A DNA stretch of 64,000 nt, taken from an uncultured delta proteobacterium (GTDB lineage: Bacteria > Desulfobacterota > Binatia > UBA9968). Within the stretch, counting starts at the first letter, position 1. The number at the start of each line of letters is the position of its first letter. The stretch covers positions 1-64,000 of the forward strand of contig CAVSLC010000003.1 of the NCBI GenBank assembly GCA_963728565.1, given 5' to 3'. A program made the position numbers and the translations under genes. Shown piece by piece: positions 9,713-19,733 of the stretch. The notes under the pieces are model-generated. The model had not been told where the DNA came from. It did not search any database and saw nothing but the letters and a program-made list of their open reading frames with translations.

Positions 9713-9763
9713 ACAGTTGCCGATTTCGCTGCCCTTACGTTTTACCAACCACTAAGATCCCTG

Positions 9764-11296
9764 ATGATCTGCTGCACCCGCCGTTTGCTTTGCGCGCTTG
9801 TGCTCGGTCTCGCCGTTATGGGTTTCTTGGGAATTATTTTATGCACGCCCGGAGGAATCGGCATTTATTCCGATTCGGTCGTCTATGTTGGAGTCGCTCG
9901 CAATCTGCTGCGCGGCGAGGGCGTCACCTACTTTGACGATAACGGCCAGATGGCGCCGGTTACCCACTATGCGCCTCTTTATCCGTTGATGGTTTCGGGG
10001 CTCGGCCTTGCCGGCATCGATCCCCTTGAAGGCGTCCGTTGGCTGAACGCGCTCTTGTTCGCATCCAATATTATCCTTGCGGCTTGGATCGTGTTCGCTT
10101 CAACTCATTCCGCTGCTGCATCCGTAACCGCTTCTTTCTTGACGGCTACGGCGTTTCCTATGGTCCAAATACACTCAACCGCATTAACCGAGCCCTTGTG
10201 CTTGTTTTTAGGATTTTTCGGGCTCTATTTGCTGGCGCAGTATATAAACGGTTCCAAACGAGGGATGCTCTTTCTCTCTGCTCTTTTGATAGCTTTGAGC
10301 AGCCTTACACGATATGCCGGACTGATTTTCGTTCTAACCGGAACTGCCGCACTGATCTGCCTCGATAGCTGGCATTGGAAAAGGAAATTGATCCGCGCAA
10401 GTCTTTTTCTCATCTTAAGCGCGCTGCCCCTACTGGCATGGCTTATCCGCAATAAATTGTCAGCTGGAAACGCCGTCAATCGGACTTTTGCTGTTCACCT
10501 GCCGGGAATTAAAGACCTAGCCATGGCCGTTGACGCGGTGTGCCTGTGGTTATTTCCGGTAACCTTGTTAGGCGGGGCGATTTGGCCGCGGCTACTAATT
10601 TTGCTAGTCGTCATCGGCGTATTATGCTGGTCCGCGAGTAAGATGGTTCTGCTGAACTCGCGCCTACACCAAATCTGTGTGTTGTTTATCGGTGGTTATG
10701 CTGCATTCATTTTTACGTCGCGCTCCCTTCTTGATGCAGCGATACCCTTAGATACCCGCATGCTGGCGCCAGCGTATTTTGCAGCGATGATTATTGTCGT
10801 CTCGGCAGTTTGGGCTGGAAGGACCAGAGCGCTGACAAATTTGTCCCCGCTTGGTCGCTTCTCGATCTATGTCGTTTTCACGTTATCGGCCTTGCAAGCG
10901 ATTCCGGCCATGGCATGGCTTAAGGTCAGCTACACTTCTGGCGTCGGCCTGGCAGCGAAAGGTTGGAAGGACTCCGAGTCAATGCGATTTGTTGGCCGGC
11001 TGGACGCAACAACTCCTATCTATACCAATGCGCCAGACTTAATTTTTATGTTTCTCAACAGGCGTACCTATATGCTTCCACGAAAGCTGGACCCTTATAG
11101 TCAAATGCAAAACGGCCACTACGGGACTGAAGTCGCAGAGATGACAAGGAATCTGCGGGACAAGAACGGAGTCGTGGCGTACTTCAATGCGGAGAGTAGA
11201 GAGTGGTTTCTGCCGTCGCTGAAAGACTTGGAGACAAAGATCGACTTACGAATGATCTCGGGCCAAAACGATCCGGTGATTTACGTTATCAAGTAG
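9764..11296 (+). CDS. GT-C membrane glycosyltransferase (ArnT/GT39-like)
   Basis: DSVVYVGVARNL, THYAPLYP, TEPL, TRYAG; polytopic membrane protein. Confidence 0.75.
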   Translation: MICCTRRLLCALVLGLAVMGFLGIILCTPGGIGIYSDSVVYVGVARNLLRGEGVTYFDDNGQMAPVTHYAPLYPLMVSGLGLAGIDPLEGVRWLNALLFASNIILAAWIVFASTHSAAASVTASFLTATAFPMVQIHSTALTEPLCLFLGFFGLYLLAQYINGSKRGMLFLSALLIALSSLTRYAGLIFVLTGTAALICLDSWHWKRKLIRASLFLILSALPLLAWLIRNKLSAGNAVNRTFAVHLPGIKDLAMAVDAVCLWLFPVTLLGGAIWPRLLILLVVIGVLCWSASKMVLLNSRLHQICVLFIGGYAAFIFTSRSLLDAAIPLDTRMLAPAYFAAMIIVVSAVWAGRTRALTNLSPLGRFSIYVVFTLSALQAIPAMAWLKVSYTSGVGLAAKGWKDSESMRFVGRLDATTPIYTNAPDLIFMFLNRRTYMLPRKLDPYSQMQNGHYGTEVAEMTRNLRDKNGVVAYFNAESREWFLPSLKDLETKIDLRMISGQNDPVIYVIK

Positions 11297-11483
11297 AGCT
11301 ACGCGCAAGAGGCATAGGGGCAGTATCAACCGATGATGGTTTTTTGCGGAGCATCTTTCCTGATGCGGATCACGCGCAAGCGCGCGCAGGGGATCGAGCT
11401 GTTTCGGAGTGGTTTTGTCTTTGAAGGTTTCAAACGACCGATCCTTCGTCGGGTTTGGGTTTAACTCTTCGTTGATTGTTAAG

Positions 11484-13019
11484 ATGATCCTTAAGCCGAG
11501 GGCAAGGACCTGTATAATCCTTGGCGCCTGTGCCGGGTTAGGTGGTGGAGTGCTCTTGCACAGCAGTCGTTGGGGATTAGGGTTGAGTCCGGACTCGATG
11601 GTTTACATTGGCGCCGCGAGAAGTCTTTTGGCTGGACACGGTTTTGCCCTGCCAGCGGAGTCGGCGCTTTTTTCACCGATCACTCACTACCCGCCCCTGT
11701 ACTCTTCATTGCTGGCCGTCGCGGGCAGTGTAGCGGCTGATCCTCTCGACGCGGCTATTTGGCTCAATGTAGTCGCTTTTAGTGTCAATATTTACGTCAG
11801 CGGGTTTTTGCTCTTTGCGGCGCTTGGTTCTTGGCAGTTAGCCTTGCTGGGTTCGCTGTTCACCTTCACCGCATTCCCGCTGGTGCAGGCCCATACAATG
11901 GCGTGGTCGGAAGCGTTGTTCATCATGCTGGAGCTTCTCGGCATATTGTGGTTGCTGCGATATCTTCAAAAGCCGGGAAAACGAAATCTGCTGATAGCAT
12001 CTGCAGTGGCGGGGCTGTCTCTCTTATGCCGTTATGCGGGCTTTGCTTTAGTCGCAACCGGACTGTTTGTCATACTATTTCTCGGCGCAAGAGAGCGGCG
12101 CGAGAAATTCACGGACGCGCTGGTTTTTGCCGTTATGGCGGTCTTGCCCGCGGCTTTCTGGAGCGCCCGCAACTGGCACCTCGCCGGCAATATCTTCAAT
12201 CGGACGGTCTCTTTTCACCCGATCGCTTTCGAGCAGATCTTTGATATTCCCGCGGTGCTGGCAGGTTGGTTCTCTTTTTGGCCTCTGACTACCGTTGCTT
12301 GGGTAATCCTATGGCTTGCATTGATGATTACCGGCTTTGTGCTTTCGTTCAGTTATCTCAGAAGGAACAAGTTCCTCGACCTGCGGCAAGCCGAGATTTT
12401 CATTATCTTGATGTTAGTCGTTGTTGTCAGCTACTTGGCGATGCTGTCTATGTCGCTGATTTTCTTCGATGCCCAGATTCCCGTGGATAGCAGAACTTTG
12501 TCACCGATTTATGTTCCGTCTATGATCTTGTTGATCGCTCTTTCAATTCGGTTCGTGTCTGCATCTCGTTTGCACATCGGTTGGCTCGTTTCTACTTGCC
12601 TGGCGCTACTTCTGGCAGCTCAGCTTCAGAGCTCGGCGAATTGGCTTCAATTTAATTATCATGATGGGATTGGATATGCCGGTCGAGTCTGGCGAGAGTC
12701 GCAGACATTAAACCGACTTCAACAAATGGCGGCAACGGTGCTTTTTTCAAATGCGCCGGACGTTTTGTATACGTTACTCAACAAGCCGGCGGTTATGGTT
12801 CCCAGGAAAACACACACCGATACAAATCTGCCCAATAGACAATACCTAGCGCAAACTGCGGAATTGAGACGCCGGCTAAAAAAAGACGGAGGACTCCTGG
12901 TATATTTCTATAGGGTGGATTGGCGCTGGTACTTGCCGGCAGCCGAGGAGCTTGAGAGAACTTTGGGCCTCCACGTCCTGGCACGTGAAAACGACGGCGT
13001 TATTTATCAAGTGCGATGA
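11484..13019 (+). CDS. GT-C membrane glycosyltransferase, paralog of the upstream gene
   Basis: DSMVYIGAARSL, THYPPLYS, SEAL, CRYAG and SNAPD motifs are collinear with 9764..11296. Confidence 0.75.
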   Translation: MILKPRARTCIILGACAGLGGGVLLHSSRWGLGLSPDSMVYIGAARSLLAGHGFALPAESALFSPITHYPPLYSSLLAVAGSVAADPLDAAIWLNVVAFSVNIYVSGFLLFAALGSWQLALLGSLFTFTAFPLVQAHTMAWSEALFIMLELLGILWLLRYLQKPGKRNLLIASAVAGLSLLCRYAGFALVATGLFVILFLGARERREKFTDALVFAVMAVLPAAFWSARNWHLAGNIFNRTVSFHPIAFEQIFDIPAVLAGWFSFWPLTTVAWVILWLALMITGFVLSFSYLRRNKFLDLRQAEIFIILMLVVVVSYLAMLSMSLIFFDAQIPVDSRTLSPIYVPSMILLIALSIRFVSASRLHIGWLVSTCLALLLAAQLQSSANWLQFNYHDGIGYAGRVWRESQTLNRLQQMAATVLFSNAPDVLYTLLNKPAVMVPRKTHTDTNLPNRQYLAQTAELRRRLKKDGGLLVYFYRVDWRWYLPAAEELERTLGLHVLARENDGVIYQVR

Positions 13020-13020
13020 G

Positions 13021-13752
13021 ATGAGCGGGCAAAGAAATATTGGAGCAGACCGGCAACTGGACCACGATGCCGTCAGGGAATTCTACGATCATTTCTATTA
13101 CCGCGACGTCATCAGCAGAAATTCTCCTGGATTCCATTTGCGCCGGCTAGCAAGGCGGCTGGATCCTTGGATCGGCCGGCGGGCCCTGGACGTGGCATGC
13201 GGACCGGGAAGTTGGTTACAGGCAATTGCCGAACGCGGGGCTATAACCGCAGGAATAGACATTTCTCAAGTTGCGTTGGAGGTTTGCAGAAACGCTGTTC
13301 CCGAAGCTGAGCTTCACTGCGGACCGGCCGAACGGCTGCCGTTTGGGGATCGGCAATTCGATTTCATTTCCTGTCTAGGCGCGCTCGAACACTTTCTCGA
13401 CATCGAGGGCTCTCTTCAAGAGATGATCCGGGTGGCGAAAACGAATGCCTCTATTTTGTTGCTGGTTCCCAACGCGGACTTTCTGCCGAGCCGACTGGGC
13501 CTGTACCACGGTACCTTGCAAGCAGCGGTGAAAGAACAGGCGTTTTCACTGGTCGATTGGGAGGCGCTTTTCGAATCCGCCGGGCTGCGTGTGAAAGCGC
13601 GTTGGAAGGATCTCCACATCCTATCGGGGGCGTGGATATTTCGCCGCCCCTTTTATGAATGGCCGCTCAGAGCTGCTCAGGCAGCGGCGTTGCCGTTTTG
13701 GCCGCTGAATTGGCAGTATCAAGTCTACTATCTCTGCGTTTTGCACAAGTAA
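13021..13752 (+). CDS. Class I SAM-dependent methyltransferase
   Basis: ALDVACGPG, GIDIS, AERLPFGDRQFD, LEHF. Confidence 0.88.
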   Translation: MSGQRNIGADRQLDHDAVREFYDHFYYRDVISRNSPGFHLRRLARRLDPWIGRRALDVACGPGSWLQAIAERGAITAGIDISQVALEVCRNAVPEAELHCGPAERLPFGDRQFDFISCLGALEHFLDIEGSLQEMIRVAKTNASILLLVPNADFLPSRLGLYHGTLQAAVKEQAFSLVDWEALFESAGLRVKARWKDLHILSGAWIFRRPFYEWPLRAAQAAALPFWPLNWQYQVYYLCVLHK

Positions 13753-13762
13753 TTCAGATTGC

Positions 13763-14902
13763 ATGAACATCCTTGTCATCACCTGGAATTTTCCGCCACG
13801 GCGAGGCGGAATGGAACAACTAATAGGGAGTCTATGTGACGAACTCAGCAAGAATCATAAGCTGTTCATCATCACCGCATATGCGGATCATTCGTGCCCG
13901 CCTAAGACGGGAATCTTCCGTCCAAGCCGGCCGGGCTTGGTTGCGTTCTTTGCTTATGCGCTTTGGAAAGGCGCGCAGCTTCTCCGCTGTCACCGGGACA
14001 TCCGAGTAGTCTTCGGCGGCAGTGTCTTGGTGACGCCGCTGGTATGCATTCTTGCACGAATATTCCGTTGCAAGGCCCTCATTCAGGCCCATGGTCTGGA
14101 TCTTCTTTATCCGAGCTTTGTTTATCAGATGTTTATAATTTCGTGGCTACCTTTCTGCGACCGAGTTGTTGCGAACAGTGGATACACGGCAAGTCTGGCG
14201 AAAGACAAAGGCGCGTTAGAAGCATCGATTACCATCATTCATCCGGCCGTGCACTGGCAGCGATTTGCGCTACCTATGGCCATCGACGCGCTGAAGTTGG
14301 AGCGCGGCTTACAGGGGAAAAGGATCATTTTGTTCGTCGGTCGGCTGGCGCGCAGAAAAGGGGTGAGGGAGTTCGTTGATAAGTCCCTCGGCCGCATTAT
14401 TCGGGAATTGCCGGACGTCCGATTCCTGATTGTTGGCGACAATCCAAAAGACTCTCTAACTCACCGAGACGATGTGCGCAGCGAAATCGAGCACGCGATT
14501 TCGGCAGGCCGTCTGGAAGAACATGTCCAATGGCTCGGCGCTTTAAACGATGAGGATTTGGTAAAAGTCTACAACCTTTGCGATGTTGTGGTCTTGCCGA
14601 TTTTGCAAATGAAAGACGATGTCGAAGGTTTTGGGATTGTCGCCTTGGAAGCGGCCGCGGCCGGCAAGCCGGTGGTAGCGACGAGCGTAGGCGGCGTTCC
14701 GGATTCGGTGGAAAATGGCAAGAGCGGAATCGTAGTCGCCCCGGAAAATTACGAGGTCATGAGTAGAAGTATCATCCAGTTATTAGCCCGAGACGAGATA
14801 AAGTCATCGCTCGGTGAATACGCCCAGAGGAGAGTCAGAGAAAGATTCTGTTGGAGTTCAACAATCGCCCGTTATGAGAAAGCACTTTCCCAGATTACCT
14901 AG
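13763..14902 (+). CDS. GT4 glycosyltransferase
   Basis: FPPRRGGME, FVGRLARRKG, EGFGIVALEAAAAGKPVV. Confidence 0.92.
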   Translation: MNILVITWNFPPRRGGMEQLIGSLCDELSKNHKLFIITAYADHSCPPKTGIFRPSRPGLVAFFAYALWKGAQLLRCHRDIRVVFGGSVLVTPLVCILARIFRCKALIQAHGLDLLYPSFVYQMFIISWLPFCDRVVANSGYTASLAKDKGALEASITIIHPAVHWQRFALPMAIDALKLERGLQGKRIILFVGRLARRKGVREFVDKSLGRIIRELPDVRFLIVGDNPKDSLTHRDDVRSEIEHAISAGRLEEHVQWLGALNDEDLVKVYNLCDVVVLPILQMKDDVEGFGIVALEAAAAGKPVVATSVGGVPDSVENGKSGIVVAPENYEVMSRSIIQLLARDEIKSSLGEYAQRRVRERFCWSSTIARYEKALSQIT

Positions 14903-14995
14903 AAATGAACGAATCCAAATGGTGTCGGCGCATGCGGGTGATTAGATCTCCGGCGGTTGCACCAACTGCAATAACCTTTGAGCTGGCGGCCGGAC

Positions 14996-16303
14996 ATGCG
15001 CTTCCTTAAGCGGAGTGGTCGTAAGGCGCCCAGGCTTAGTCTTATTCTCTTGGACTGGAGCGTGAGGGAAAGCTTTCACCTGCTCCACTATTTACGGCAT
15101 CAGAGCGTGGATCGCGACCAGTTCGAGGTCATTTTCATCGAGTATTATTCGCGTACCGCGGAAACACTGAAGCAGTTCGCGGACGAACTGGATACCTGGG
15201 TCTTGCTGGAGATGCCTGAAACCTGCATCTACCACAAACACCTAATGTACAATTGCGGACTGGCGTTGACGCACGGCGAGGTAGTTGTCCTATGCGATTC
15301 CGACGCAATGGTTATGGACAGTTTCATCGAAACTATTTTAGGCCATTTCAAAGATCGCGAACAAATCGTTTTGCACCTCGATCAATTTCGAAACACTCGG
15401 AGAGATCTCTATCCGTTCAAGTACCCTTCGTTCGATGAGGTTCTCGGGGGCGGTTGTATCAACAATGTTGATGGAAAAACGGCCGGTATTGTGGATCGGA
15501 TCGACCCATTGCACAGCCGAAATTATGGCGCTTGCATGTGTGCCCGTCGCGCGGATCTCATCGCGATCGGTGGGGCGGACGAGCATATCGACTATCTAGG
15601 CCACATCTGCGGTCCTTACGAGATGACCTTTCGTCTGCTCAATAGAGGGTTCAAAGAGGTCTGGGATGAAACGGAGTACCTATACCATACCTGGCATCCC
15701 GGGCAGGCGGGTGTGGATAACTATCAGGGGCCTCACGACGGCCGGCAAATGTCGAGTTCGGCGCTGGAAGCTTTGATTACGGGGAGAGTTTATCCACTGG
15801 TCGAAAACGAGACGATGCGTCTTATTAGAAATGGGGAAGCGTTGAGCGCGGTGTCTATCGAAGAACACTTGATCGATAAATGGTCTCTGACGGCATGGGA
15901 TCGATCGATGATTGCGGCTCAGCAAAGGAACTTGCGTGCAAACCGGGCTAAGCCTACGACCGACATCTACCGAGGCTTCAGGATTATCAAAGATCACGGG
16001 ATGTTTTACGTGCGGCCTCTCCTGGAGATGGGCAGCACTCAACCGGCCGACCATAGCAGCAACTTGACCTTGGAAAGTAGTTCCGTCGAGGATCTTGTCG
16101 AGAAGATCGACGAAAGCTATCCTGCCGTTCTTCGCTTTAGTGAACACATTAATCGTTTGTACTCCCGCGTTTTTCTGCTGATTTGGGCTATGGCTGTCCC
16201 TCTGATCGGCATTATAAAGATGCTTGTTGTACAAGCGGGAAGGGAGAGGAGAGGCTGGCGGCCACCCGATTCGTGGCGCAGCATCAGGTGTGTCTTGGCT
16301 TAA
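14996..16303 (+). CDS. GT-A fold glycosyltransferase (GT2/GT7C-like)
   Basis: LCDSD (DxD), IGGADE, YHTWHP. Confidence 0.7.
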   Translation: MRFLKRSGRKAPRLSLILLDWSVRESFHLLHYLRHQSVDRDQFEVIFIEYYSRTAETLKQFADELDTWVLLEMPETCIYHKHLMYNCGLALTHGEVVVLCDSDAMVMDSFIETILGHFKDREQIVLHLDQFRNTRRDLYPFKYPSFDEVLGGGCINNVDGKTAGIVDRIDPLHSRNYGACMCARRADLIAIGGADEHIDYLGHICGPYEMTFRLLNRGFKEVWDETEYLYHTWHPGQAGVDNYQGPHDGRQMSSSALEALITGRVYPLVENETMRLIRNGEALSAVSIEEHLIDKWSLTAWDRSMIAAQQRNLRANRAKPTTDIYRGFRIIKDHGMFYVRPLLEMGSTQPADHSSNLTLESSSVEDLVEKIDESYPAVLRFSEHINRLYSRVFLLIWAMAVPLIGIIKMLVVQAGRERRGWRPPDSWRSIRCVLA

Positions 16304-16681
16304 TCGTTTGAGACGGTTCCTCCGAGAAATACGAGGTTGGCTGGTTGGCCGACAAACACTATAGAGCTTATCTGGACCGGTGGCGCGAACAATCTGATAG
16401 CTAAGCTTGTATTTTGCCAAACCCGGAATGCTTCTCGCGATTGTACTTACGACCTCACTGTATGTGCATATTTATTTAACGGGTTTGTCAGCTCCTTAGA
16501 ATCCTTCCATGATTGCGGGTTAAGAGAGTAAAAGATAAAGCGGCAATCCAACGATATCTCGATCATCTCTCCCATGGCGATTATCCAGAGAACCTGATCG
16601 TGGCGCGCAACGTATACACGAATTATTACGGATTGTATCAGAGCTGCGGTCATCTAAAGCAGGTGATTGTTGTTTAAATTA

Positions 16682-17593
16682 ATGCCGAGTATTTCTCTTT
16701 TATTCCCGACACGCGGTCGACCGCATCTGATACGAAGGCTATTTGACAGTGTCGCCATGTGTACGAATAGACTTGAGGATCTTGAGATCATTCTGTACCT
16801 GGATGATGACGACGAAACCGGTCAAGAGATCAGTGATGATCGGTTTAGTCTGTTAAAAGTCTTCGGTCCACGTTTGAGTATGGGTGCGTACAACACGATC
16901 TGCCTTGGCCGGGCTTCAGGGGATTACATCATGTTGATGAACGATGATGTGGTTGTGCGTACCTCGGCTTGGGATCGCAAGGTCGCGGATCTGGGTCGGA
17001 CGATTTCAGACGGTATCTTCCTTGCGTATCCCAATGATCTCCACATCGGTAAACGCATGTGTACGTTCCCCATTCTTACGAAAAAAGCGTGCGAGCTTTT
17101 GTTGCGGCCGTACCCAGAGGAGTACAAAACCCATTTTATCGACTGGCACATTTTCGACATCTTTAAGCGACTACGCGCTATGGGGCATGCTCGGATATTC
17201 TATCTTGAAGATGTTATTTTCGAGCATTGTCACTATATGGCGGGAAAGGCAGAGTTCGATGCTACGTATAAATCGAAGGACTATTATCAGGACGATTGGA
17301 ATTTTCTGAACCTACGCCCCTTGCGGCAACAAATGGTAGAACGACTTGCCGCGTCAATTGCCGGTCGACCAATCCCGGATTTGCAGCTTTTGCCCACTCC
17401 TGCCCCGCGACCTGATAAGACTTCGAGCGTGCTGCTCCGGTACATTTCAGAGTGTCTCGGCGATCCTGTATTGCCGATGGAAGAACGGGTGCGGCTGTTT
17501 GTCTGGCTAACGGGTCGTTATCTAAGAAATCAAAAATACTTGCCCAGGAAAAAGCCATCCCGCAAAGCGATTCAGGAACTCAATAATCTTTGA
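16682..17593 (+). CDS. GT2-like glycosyltransferase
   Basis: ISLLFPTRGRP, YLDDDD, LMNDD, EHCH. Confidence 0.75.
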   Translation: MPSISLLFPTRGRPHLIRRLFDSVAMCTNRLEDLEIILYLDDDDETGQEISDDRFSLLKVFGPRLSMGAYNTICLGRASGDYIMLMNDDVVVRTSAWDRKVADLGRTISDGIFLAYPNDLHIGKRMCTFPILTKKACELLLRPYPEEYKTHFIDWHIFDIFKRLRAMGHARIFYLEDVIFEHCHYMAGKAEFDATYKSKDYYQDDWNFLNLRPLRQQMVERLAASIAGRPIPDLQLLPTPAPRPDKTSSVLLRYISECLGDPVLPMEERVRLFVWLTGRYLRNQKYLPRKKPSRKAIQELNNL

Positions 17594-18585
17594 TAGAGAT
17601 CGATGTATTGAGGGACGACGACATCTTCAGAAAAACGCGATTCTACACAGTCTCTAGCGGCCCTCCCATACCGATGGCATATCTGTCTCTCGTCTGCCAA
17701 CCTTCGGCAGGCAGCAACAAAGGCGTCGATATCATCGCTGGGACAAAGGATTCCGTTTACGCCATGTTCGATAATCTCGGCTAACGATGAAGTGTTTGCA
17801 GCGATCACGGGCTTTGCACAGGCCATGGCCTCCAGTACTGCAATAGGTAACCCTTCGAACCGAGACGGGAAGAGAAGAGCGTCTGAGCGTTGATAGAGTT
17901 TCACAAGATCCAGATCGTTGGTAATTCGCCCTAGGGGGAACATGTTTGCTGCAACATCTCGGGGGCTTAGCTGCCTGCGCCCAGCGGTAAAATAGAGCTC
18001 AAAGTTCGCGCCCAGGGCGCGCATAATCGGAGCAAACAAATCGGCTCCTTTTCGTCGAATCGGATTGCCCACGAACAGAAGTCGGAAAGGACCGGACCGA
18101 ATGCGATCTCTCTCTGGGGCAGGTGCAAACGTTTCCGTATTCACGGAATTATAGATTACCTCTGCCGACTTGAGTCCCAACGAGCGCTGAAGGCCGAGGG
18201 CGGTGTAATCGCTTACTGCGGTAGCTGCCGAGGCTAGATGGAATGATGCTTTGACGAACCGGCGAATCACCGCCTGGTGATAAATAAACTGTAGTTCGCT
18301 TTTGTGGGGTTGAGCCGTCCGATCCAAAATTCCCAGCTGCTCCGTTACAACTAGCGGGATCGATTTACGTTTGAACGCAAAAGCGTTCCACGAGTTGGCA
18401 TGAATAATAGTTGTTCCGCTTGGCGGATTAACCCGTCGAAGTAGGAATGGAAAGAATTCGTAGAACTTTGGAAACCACGAAATCTCGGCGTCTAGGCCGT
18501 TCCGGGTAATTGCTTTGCAGAGTCGCTGGGTGAATACGTCTGCGCCACTCTCTCCTGCAATAGCTGGTAGCCAGATTTTCATCAC
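17572..18585 (-). CDS. GT4 glycosyltransferase (opposite orientation to the cluster)
   Basis: FVGNPIRRKG, FPSRFEGLPIAVLEAMACAKPVI. Confidence 0.92.
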   Translation of the reverse strand: MMKIWLPAIAGESGADVFTQRLCKAITRNGLDAEISWFPKFYEFFPFLLRRVNPPSGTTIIHANSWNAFAFKRKSIPLVVTEQLGILDRTAQPHKSELQFIYHQAVIRRFVKASFHLASAATAVSDYTALGLQRSLGLKSAEVIYNSVNTETFAPAPERDRIRSGPFRLLFVGNPIRRKGADLFAPIMRALGANFELYFTAGRRQLSPRDVAANMFPLGRITNDLDLVKLYQRSDALLFPSRFEGLPIAVLEAMACAKPVIAANTSSLAEIIEHGVNGILCPSDDIDAFVAACRRLADERQICHRYGRAARDCVESRFSEDVVVPQYIDLYQRLLSS

Positions 18586-18753
18586 GAGCAGTTGATCATC
18601 ATCCGATTACTAAATTGCTCCGTCAGCGCACGGCTGCCACGATGGTGAATTTTACTCTAGTAAGAATCGCCTGAAAACTGCTATCATTTAGCTTCTTCGC
18701 GTAAACGGCACCCGTTAATCGTTTTTCGTCGAGATTTTCGTTACAGCAACTTC

Positions 18754-19599
18754 ATGAAACCTCTAGGAACTTCCGTCCACAGTGCATCGGTATTGATTCG
18801 GCCGATTTCCGGCTGGGTGCCAATCAATTTGCGAGATTTGTGGGAGTATCGCGAATTACTCTATTTTCTTACGTGGCGGGACATTAAAGTGCGCTACAAA
18901 CAAACTACTCTCGGAATGGCCTGGGTAGTTCTACAGCCGCTCTTATTGATGCTGGTCTTCACGATGTTTTTTGGCCGCCTGGTAGAACTTCCGTCCGACG
19001 GTATTCCTTATCCACTATTTACTTATACCGCACTGTTGCCGTGGCAGCTCTTCTCGCGAGCTCTCAACGAAGGGAGCATGAGTCTTATCGCGCACGAGAA
19101 GGTGATTACCAAAACCTACTTCCCACGTATCTTGCTGCCAGCTTCGGCAGTCTTGGCCAGCCTGATCGACTTCGGAGTCGCTTTCCTGGTCCTGATCGGG
19201 TTCATCCTTTTTTATGGCGTACATCCAGGACTTGCGATCCTTATGCTGCCGCTGTTTGTGATTTTGGTTGTGATGACAGCGTTTGGGATAAGCTTATGGC
19301 TGGCGGCGTTTAACGTCCTTTACCGTGATGTGCGCTACGTGCTCCCTTTTTTAACCCAGTTATGGATGTTCGCGACACCGATTATCTATCCGGTATCTGT
19401 GGTCCCGGATAGCTGGCGTCTTCTGTACAGCCTAAATCCGATGGTTGGAGTCGTCGAAGGTTTTCGTTGGGCTCTCCTCGGCGGAAGCAACGGCATGGAT
19501 GCAATGTTCGGAGTTTCCGCTTTGGTTGTGGCTGGCGTCTTGGCTGGGGGGATTTTGTATTTTCAGTCCGTGCAGCAAACATTCGCTGATGTGATTTGA
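18754..19599 (+). CDS. wzm: Polysaccharide ABC exporter permease
   Basis: RELLYFLTWRDIKVRYKQT, YRDV, TPIIYP, LNPM..EGFR. Confidence 0.92.
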   Translation: MKPLGTSVHSASVLIRPISGWVPINLRDLWEYRELLYFLTWRDIKVRYKQTTLGMAWVVLQPLLLMLVFTMFFGRLVELPSDGIPYPLFTYTALLPWQLFSRALNEGSMSLIAHEKVITKTYFPRILLPASAVLASLIDFGVAFLVLIGFILFYGVHPGLAILMLPLFVILVVMTAFGISLWLAAFNVLYRDVRYVLPFLTQLWMFATPIIYPVSVVPDSWRLLYSLNPMVGVVEGFRWALLGGSNGMDAMFGVSALVVAGVLAGGILYFQSVQQTFADVI

Positions 19600-19733
19600 A
19601 TTTAATCCGTAACCGCGCTCTTCTCGCGCGGTAGCAGCCAATCCTCAGCTTTGACGGTCGGATTTACCTGACGAACCCAAATGTGCTCAACCAAAAAAGC
19701 GCTCGTAAAGATAATGTGTACACAAGGAGACAA

